This document shows, piece after piece, positions 55,497-64,000 of a stretch of 64,000 nucleotides of DNA; the first letter of the stretch is position 1; each line of letters starts with the position of its first letter. The position numbers were made by a program, and so were the translations under genes. The notes below the pieces were generated by a model. The model was not told the origin of the DNA. It did no database searches and was given only the letters and a program-made list of their open reading frames with translations. Source of the DNA: Eledone cirrhosa (lineage: Eukaryota); NCBI GenBank assembly GCA_964016885.1, contig OZ024766.1:7750001-7814000 (forward strand), given 5' to 3'.

Positions 55497-55694
55497 ATAC
55501 CGTATGTGCCGGCCTATTGGACGCACCTTTGCATAAGACGGTCCGGTCCCTCTTGTTTTTTTTAAAATTATATTTTACGTTATATTTTGACGTTTGTAGG
55601 CATTTTTAAGGACCCTGTCCAATATTCGCTGTTTTTCACTCTTCGCGGCTGGTCTAGCAACGTAGACCCCCCGCGAATAGCGGGGGTCTACTGT
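55497..55694. mobile_element. pogo/Tigger-type MITE ends
   Basis: taccgtatgtgccggcctattggacgcacc (+) and minus-strand cagtagacccccgctattcgcgggg. Confidence 0.5.
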
Positions 55695-55701
55695 GTATAT
55701 A

Positions 55702-55745
<44 letters not shown>

Positions 55746-55919
55746 AATATGTATGTATGTATTTATGTATATATATATATATTTAAAAATATGTGTGTAT
55801 ATATATATATATATACACACATATTTATATATATATATAAAAATATGTATGTATATATATATATATATATACACACATATTTATATATATATGTGTGTAT
55901 ATATATATATGTGTGTGTG

Positions 55920-55952
<33 letters not shown>

Positions 55953-55961
55953 ATATATATA

Positions 55962-56016
<55 letters not shown>

Positions 56017-56823
56017 ATATATATATATGTGTGTGTGTATGTATATATATATATATATATATGTGTGTGTATATATATATATAATGTGTGTATATATATA
56101 TATGTGTGTGTATATATATAATAGACCAACGGACGGACGGACGAGGGTGCGGTGAGAGTAAACATCGCTACAATAGACCGGGTAGTAGTGGTGGTGGTAG
56201 TAGTGGTGGTAGTTGTGGTGGTGGTGACAGTTGTTGTGGTGTTGGTGGTAGTTGTAGTGGTTGTGGTGGTAGTAGTGGTAGTGGTGGTGGTAGTAGTAGT
56301 GGTGTTGGTGGTGGTGGTCACAGTTGTGGTGGTGGTGGTAGTGGTGGTGGTGGTGGTTGTAGTGGTTGTAGTAGTGGTGGTGGTAGTAGTAGTGGTGTTG
56401 GTGGTGACAGTTGTAGTTGTGGTGGTAGTGGTGTTGGTGGTGGTGGTAGTGGTGGTGGTAGTAGTGGTGACAGTTGTAGTGGTGGTGGTAGTAGTGGTGG
56501 TGGTAGTTGTGGTGGTGGTAGTAGTGGTATTGGTGGTGGTTTTAGTAGTGGTAGTGACAGTTGTAGTGGTGGTAGTTGTGGGGGTGGTAGTGGTGATGGT
56601 GGTGGTGGTGGTAGTAGTGGTAGTGACAGTTGTAGTGGTGGTAGTAGTGGTGTTGGTGGTGGTAGTAGTGGTGGTGACAGTTGTAGTGGTTGTAGTAGTG
56701 GTGTTGGTGGTGGTGGTGGTAGTAGTAGGGGTGACAGTGTAGTGGTTGTAGTAGTGGTGGTGGTAGTCGTGGTGGTGGTAGTAGTAGTGGTGACAGTTGT
56801 GGTGGTAATGGTGGTGGAGGTTG

Positions 56824-58075
56824 TAGATATATAGACAGATAGATAGATAGATAGATATCTTTCTTTATTTGCCACAGGGGCGTACAAAAATGGGACATTA
56901 CAAGACGTGACAGCGGGGGTTTTACATAAAAATCATATAACTATAACATTAATAAATAACAATAAACTATATATAATAAAGTAACAATTGAAATCCCCAA
57001 TGGGGGGGGGGGGGGTAACGCTATTGCGGGGTTGTTTTACACCCCATGGATAGAACAACCGTCAACACCAGGAACACGTTTTGTAGGTGTTCCTGTCTTC
57101 CCTCTGTTTGTCTTCCTCAACCTACAGGTTTATATACAGAGAAGGGCCCATTCACTCGGGCCATTCTCGCCACATTCACCCACCTTTCAGCGAATATACT
57201 GGGGTGTAGCCCCTCTCTCTCTCCACTCTCACCTTCCTTCTGAAGTGGTACTTAAAGAAGGGGATGAGTTATTGTCCGGAGAGAAAGGTGTTTGCCCTCA
57301 GTCCTTTTAACCTCCTCCACCATATTACCTCTTTCGCCACAGCCACCAGGCAGAGGAAAACCGCCTCTCCTTCATTCTTAAATGAAGGCGGCGGGTTGAT
57401 CCTCACGATGGACTCGGCTGACAACTGGATGCATCCCACACGTGACAGCAGCTGTTGGACATAATTCCACAGGTCGGTCACCCCTGGGCACTGAACAATT
57501 GCGTGCAGAACGGTTTCGATGTCCTGCTCGCATCTTGGACAGGTCCTTTTGGCAGGATCTCTGCCAGGGCATCCGTGCTGTAGATCTTGTCTCGAACTGG
57601 TAGAGCTCCTCGGTAGCACTGCCAGGCCAGAGACCTCTGGAAGTTATCCATAGGCCCCGGACGAAAAGTCCTCCCGAACAGACTGGTCAGTTCGTCCTCC
57701 TCGATGCCTAGAGTTTCCCTGAGAACGTCGTCGCACTTATCCTCAGATAGATATGTTTCTTTATTAGCCACAAGGGCACAAAAGAAGGGGCCAAATAGAT
57801 AGATAGATGGACATATAGATGGACAGACAGATGGATAGATAGACAGATATATTTCTTTATTTGCCACAGGGGTGTACAAAAATGGGACATTACAAGACGT
57901 GGCAGCAGGGGTTTTACATAAAAATCATATAACTATAACATTAATAAATAACAATAAACTATATATAATAAAATAACAATTAAAATCCACAATAGGGGGA
58001 GGGGGACGTTACTGCAGGGTTGTTTTACATCCCCTGGATGGAACAACCCTCAACACCAGGAACATGTTTTGTAGG
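56824..58075 (-). mobile_element. Three stacked Tx1/L1-clade 3' ends in (GATA)n
   Basis: 56824-57744 encodes TCPRCEQDIETVLHAIVQCP (frameshifted); further 3' tails at 57745-57795 and 57841-58075. Confidence 0.85.
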
Positions 58076-58296
58076 TCTGTTTACATTTTACTCCCTGTTT
58101 GTTGTTAAATGTTTTTGTTGCTATTGTTACTGCATCTCAGCTCTCTGCTGCTGTTCTTTTGTTAAACACTGACCAATAAACATCAGCAACTTTGTGGTGG
58201 CCTACATATCTATTTATCTATCTATCTGTCTATCTATTGGTCAATATATCTGTCTATCTGTCTATCTGTCTGTCTGTCTGTCTCACTTGGAAGATC

Positions 58297-58817
58297 CAGC
58301 TCTGATACTACAGACATGTGGTTAGAATGTCTCAGGAAAGAATCTCTGAATTGAGAGATCACAGCTCTGATACTATGGACATGTGGTTAGAATGTCTCAG
58401 GAAAGAATCTCTGAATTTAGAGATCACAGCTCTGGTACTATGGACATGTGGTTAGAATTTCTCAGGAAAGAATCTCTGAATTGAGAGATCACAGCTCTGA
58501 TACTACAGACATATGGTTAGAATGTCTCATGAAAGAATCTCTGAATTGAGAGATCACAGCTCTGATACTACAGACATGTGGTTAGAATGTCTCATGAAAG
58601 AATCTCTGAATTGAGAGGTCACAGCTCTGATACTATGGACATGTGGTTAGAATGTCTCAGGAAAGAATCTCTGAATTGAGAGATCACAGCTCTGGTACTA
58701 TGGACATGTGGTTAGAATGTCTCAGGAAAGAATCTCTGAATTGAGAGATCACAGCTCTGGTACTATGGACATGTGGTTAGAATGTCTCAGGAAAGAATCT
58801 CCGAATTGAGAGATCAC
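58297..58817. repeat. 65-bp tandem repeat, 8 copies
   Basis: Unit cagctctgatactacagacatgtggttagaatgtctcaggaaagaatctctgaattgagagatca. Confidence 0.92.
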
Positions 58818-59011
58818 AAAGGGGTGGTGTAGATGGGGGTGGGGGATGCGGGTGTATATTTGGTTAGGAGGTGCCTACTAACTGTAGGTTTCGCTTTGTA
58901 CTTAGGCAAGGCGGGTCTTCTTTATTACTGCGTAACGCCAAAGATCTCGGTCCAGTGACATTGTCTTCTTAGAGGGGTGTAAGTGTGTAAGGATTATATA
59001 TATATATATGT

Positions 59012-61730
59012 GGAGGCACGTGGCCTAGTGGTAAGAGTGTTGGACTTACGATCATAATGTCGTCGGTTTGATTCCTGGGCTGCTTGTTGTGTTCTTGAGC
59101 AAAACACTTCATTTCACGTTGCTCCAGTATACTCAGCTGAAAATGAGTACCAGCAATAGCTGGAGGTTTCACCCTGTGATGGACTGGTGTCCTGTCCAGG
59201 GGTAAGTCTTGTTCTCTCATTCACTTAACACCAATGAAACTAAGACAGACTTTAACCCTGTGATGGACTGGTGTCCTGTCCAGGGGGAAGTCTTGTACTC
59301 TCAGTCACTTAACACCAATGAAACTAAGACAGACTTTAACCCTGTGATGGACTGGTGTCCTGTCCAGGGGGAAGTCTTGTACTCTCAGTCACTTAACACC
59401 AATGAAACTAAGACAGACTTTAACCCTGTGATGGACTGGTGTCCTGTCCAGGGGGAAGTCTTGTACTCTCAGTCACTTAACACCAATGAATCTACGACAG
59501 ATTTTAACCCTGCGATGGACTGGTGTCCTGTCCAGGGGGAAGTCTTGTACTCTCAGTCACTTAACACCAATGACACTAAGACTGACTTTAACCCTGTGAT
59601 GGACTGGTGTCCTGTCCAGGGGGAAGTCTTGTACTCTCAGTCACTTAACACCAATGACACTAAGACTGACTTTAACCCTGTGATGGACTGGTGTCCTGTC
59701 CAGGGGGAAGTCTTGTACTCTCAGTCACTTAACACCAATGAAACTAAGACAGACTTTAACCCTGTGATAGACTGGTGTCCTGTCCAGGGGGAAGTCTTGT
59801 ACTCTCAGTCACTTAACACCAATGAAACTAAGACAGACTTTAACCTTGTGATGGACTGGTGTCCTGTCCAGGGGGAAGTCTTGTACTGTCAGTCACTTAA
59901 CACCAATGAAACTAAGACAGACTTTAACCCTGTGATGGACTGGTGTCCTGTCCAGGGGGAAGTCTTGTACTCTCAGTCACTTAACACCAATGACACTAAG
60001 ACAGACTTTAACCCTGTGATGGACTGGTGTCCTGTCCAGGGGGAAGTCTTGTACTCTCAGTCACTTAACACCAATGAAACTAAGACAGACTTTAACCCTG
60101 TGATGGACTGGTGTCCTGTCCAGGGGGAAGTCTTGTACTCTCAGTTACTTAACACCAATGAAACTAAGACAGACTTTAACCCTGTGATGGACTGGTGTCC
60201 TGTCCAGGGGGAAGTCGTGTACTCTCAGTCACTTAACACCAATGACACTAAGACTGACTTTAACCCTGTGATGGACTGGTGTCCTGTCCAGGGGGAAGTC
60301 TTGTACTCTCAGTCACTTAACACCAATGAAACTAAGACAGACTTTAACCCTGTGATAGACTGGTGTCCTGTCCAGGGGGAAGTCTTGTACTCTCAGTCAC
60401 TTAACACCAATGAAACTAAGACAGACTTTAACCTTGTGATGGACTGGTGTCCTGTCCAGGGGGAAGTCTTGTACTGTCAGTCACTTAACACCAATGAAAC
60501 TAAGACAGACTTTAACCTTGTGATGGACTGGTGTCCTGTCCAGGGGGAAGTCTTGTACTCTCGGTCACTTAACACCAATGACACTAAGACAGACTTTAAC
60601 CCTGTGATGGACAGGTGTCCTGTCCAGGGGGAAGTCTTGTACTCTCTGTCACTTAACACCAATGAAACTAAGACAGACTTTAACCCTGTGATGGACTGGT
60701 GTCCTGTCCAGGGGGAAGTCTTGTACTCTCAGTCACTTAACACCAATGACACTAAGACAGACTTTAACCCTGTGATGGACAGGTGTCCTGTCCAGGGGGA
60801 AGTCTTGTACTCTCTGTCACTTAACACCAATGAAACTAAGACAGACTTTAACCCTGTGATGGACTGGTGTCCTGTCCAGGGGGAAGTCTTGTACTCTCAG
60901 TCACTTAACACCAATGACACTAAGACTGACTTTAACCCTGTGATGGACTGGTGTCCTGTCCAGGGGGAAGTCTTGTACTCTCAGTCACTTAACACCAATG
61001 ACACTAAGACTGACTTTAACCCTGTGATGGACTGGTGTCCTGTCCAGGGGGAAGTCTTGTACTCTCTGTCACTTAACACCAATGAAACTAAGACAGACTT
61101 TAACCCTGTGATGGAGTGGTGTACTGTCCAGGGGGAAGTCTTGTACTGTCAGTCACTTAACACCAATGAAACTAAGACAGACTTTAACCCTGTGATGGAC
61201 TGGTGTCCTGTCCAGGGGGAAGTCTTGTACTCTCAGTCACTTAACACCAATGACACTAAGACAGACTTTAACCCTGTGATGGACAGGTGTCCTGTCCAGG
61301 GGGAAGTCTTGTACTCTCTGTCACTTAACACCAATGAAACTAAGACAGACTTTAACCCTGTGATGGACTGGTGTCCTGTCCAGGGGGAAGTCTTGTGCTC
61401 TCAGTCACTTAACACCAATGACACTAAGACTGACTTTAACCCTGTGATGGACTGGTGTCCTGTCCAGGGGGAAGTCTTGTACTCTCTGTCACTTAACACC
61501 AATGCAACTAAGACAGACTTTAACCCTGTGATGGACTGGTGTCCTGTCCAGGGGGAAGTCTTGTACTCTCTGTCACTTAACACCAATGCAACTAAGACAG
61601 ACTTTAACCCTGTGATGGACTGGTGTCCTGTCCAGGGGGAAGTCTTGTACTCTCAGTCACTTAACACTAATGAAACTGTGATAAGCACCGGCCAAATGAT
61701 CCTTCTGGCTTAAGACAGACTTTAGACTTT
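59012..61730 (+). mobile_element. tRNA-derived (V-SINE-like) SINE with an internal 84-bp array (~30 units, 59171-61677)
   Basis: A box TGGCCTAGTGG, B-box-like GGTTTGATTCC, body ccctgtgatggactggtgtcctgtccagggg; the SINE tail resumes at gaaactgtgataagcaccggcc. Confidence 0.85.
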
Positions 61731-61743
61731 TATATATATATAA

Positions 61744-61784
<41 letters not shown>

Positions 61785-62101
61785 TACATACATATATACA
61801 TACATATACATACATACATACATATATACATATATATATATACATACATATGTACATATCCACACATACACACACATTATATATGAAATGTGATTGTGTA
61901 TAAACTGATCGAAATGATATATAAGAAGTTATCATTCAAAGGTTTATAAATATTGATTTCTAATCAATAAACAATATTTGTTTCCTGTTTAATAACAATC
62001 CTAAGTTTTTCTATAATTACCTCCTGAACGGAAGTTATATTGATTTATGTCAATAGATCAATTAATATTCCTTGTATTAAACCCAATCCCAACAGAGCAC
62101 A

Positions 62102-62134
<33 letters not shown>

Positions 62135-62253
62135 GTAGATGTATATATATATATAGATATATATATATATATATATGTATGTATGTGTGTATATATCTAT
62201 ATAAATATATGTATATATATATATATATATAAATATATGTATATATAATGACA

Positions 62254-62624
62254 CACGACCGTGACTTCTGGCGTCACGCAGTAATACAGAGTCCCCGACC
62301 TTCCATGGGTACAAGCTGAAGCATATAGACAATATGCCCCCACACCCTCCTACCGCAAGGTGGTCGTGGAGGTGCCACGGTAAAGAAGCACCCAGCCCAC
62401 ACTGTAAAGTGGACGTGTAGGCGCCACGAAAAAGCACCCAGCACTCACTGTAAATGAGGTTGGTGTTAGGAAGGGCATCCAGCTGTAGAAATCAAGCCAG
62501 ATCAGTTCCTGTATGAGCAAGGCATGGTCAGCCGACCAGACACTGCCCACAACAGGACAACCCGTCTAACCCATGCTAGCGTGGAAGAACGGACGTAAAA
62601 CGGTGATGATGATGATGATGATGA
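62254..62624 (+). mobile_element. Unexpanded (GAT)n-tailed retroposon, reference copy for the 49-bp arrays
   Basis: Colinear with 10173-11583 but with only ~2 repeat units. Confidence 0.8.
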
Positions 62625-62684
62625 TATATATATATATGTATGTGTGTATATATGTATATAAATATATGTATATATATATATAAA

Positions 62685-62781
<97 letters not shown>

Positions 62782-63233
62782 ATATATATACATATATATA
62801 AACGTATATATATATATATATAAGTATCTATCATCATCATCATCATCATTTTACGTCCGCTTTTCCCTGCTTGCAAGGGTGGGACGGGAACTGATTCTGG
62901 CTTGATTTCTACAGCTGGATGCCCTTCCTAACACCAACCTCGTTTACAGTGAGTGCTGGGTGCTTTTTTGCTGTGGCACCTCCACGACCACTTTGCAGTG
63001 AGTGCTGGGTGCTTTTTTGCTGTGGCACCTCCACGACCACTTTGCAGTGGAATGATAGGGACCCCAGTCTATATATATATATATAGAGGTAGAACACTGG
63101 AAGGTAATATCCGCAGTGGTAGAGCACTCAGTCCATGGGACGAGTTAGGTAGAAGTGATAACACAACAACTGTTTCACCATACAAGGTGAAACAATTGTT
63201 CTCGGTATGGTGAACTAACTGTTGTGTTACCAC

Positions 63234-63304
<71 letters not shown>

Positions 63305-63418
63305 TATTTCTACCCAGTCTAGCTGTCATGTAGAGATCTCCCTGTACACATAAGACATTAAGGTGTGATTTGAAGGCGATTTGGCTGCTATTTCTAGCAG
63401 GTCTATCTAAGACATTAA

Positions 63419-63638
63419 CCCTTTAATGTTCAAACTGGCCAAAACCGGCCACAATTCTCTACCTCTTTCTGTTGAAACTGGATGTAACTGGTCACTCAAA
63501 CTGATGTTAAAGTATTGTTCTCAAAATAAATACTTTCAAAATCTCATAGATTCGATATTATGTGAGATAATTATGTGAGGTAAAGCCTTTACCATGAAAA
63601 TATAATAGTATATATAGAGTAATGTGAATGCTAAAGGG
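63419..63638 (-). mobile_element. 220-bp piggyBac-like MITE inserted at TTAA in a ~57-bp tandem repeat family (63320-64000)
   Basis: gaca-ttaa|cccttta...taaaggg|ttaa-ggtgtga; uninterrupted units read gacattaaggtgtga. Confidence 0.88.
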
Positions 63639-64000
63639 TTAAGGTGTGATCTGAGGGAGATTTGGCTGCTATTTCTAGCAAGTCTATCTAAAACATTAAG
63701 GTGTGATTTGTGGGAGATTTGGCTGCTACTTCTACCAGATCTAGCTACCATATAGAGATCTCCCTCATACATATGACAGTAGGGTGTTATTTGAGGGAGA
63801 TTTGGCTGCTATTTCTAGCAGGTCTATCTAAGACATTAAGGTGTGATCTAAGGGAGATTTGGCTGCTATTTCTAGCAGATCTAACTACCATATAGAGGTC
63901 TCCTGTATATATAAGACAGTAGGGTGTTATTTGAGGGAGATTTGGCTGTTATTTCTAGCAGATCTAGCTACCATGTAGAAGTCCCCCTGTATAAGTCAGT

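Noticed and set aside
58865-58952. HDV-like ribozyme in the retroposon-associated segment (also 12295-12370)
   Set aside because: TGCCTA/TAGGCA can pair, but I could not build a consistent P2/P3/P1.1 nested pseudoknot by eye; it needs an RNArobo or Infernal search.
59209-61713. 834-aa ORF as a real protein-coding gene
   Set aside because: Begins at TTG inside a SINE and is wholly an 84-bp SINE-derived tandem array.

Overview
Eukaryotic, intron-rich and extremely repeat-rich DNA, with a 200-N assembly gap at 43281-43480. The repeat inventory (long (TA)n/(CA)n tracts, tRNA-derived SINEs, RTE/CR1/Tx1 LINE ends, TTAA-CCC MITEs) looks like an octopus/cephalopod genome; this is an inference. Almost all long ORFs in the supplied track are artefacts of micro- or minisatellites. 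The only protein-coding gene I can support is the 5' part of an acyl-protein thioesterase (LYPLA1/2, APT family) on the minus strand: a 69-nt exon at 24924-24856 (MGASSSNEMAVVEIPAASKHLAT) and a 32-nt exon at 4449-4418 (VIFLHGLGDT), separated by a 20.4-kb intron. A possible divergent plus-strand gene starts near 29.0 kb (low confidence). The most striking signal is about 30 type-I hammerhead ribozyme cores (CUGANGA...GAAA...NUH), found by eye, in roughly ten sequence families. They sit in short non-coding elements embedded in (TA)n tracts, mostly as head-to-head inverted pairs. Stem II covaries between copies of one family, loop III is often palindromic, and one family has a variant CAGAAGA core. 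This fits Penelope-like element (PLE) pseudo-LTR or retrozyme-like mini-elements. A second theme is that nearly every large minisatellite array here is a tandemly amplified internal piece of a recognisable transposon.
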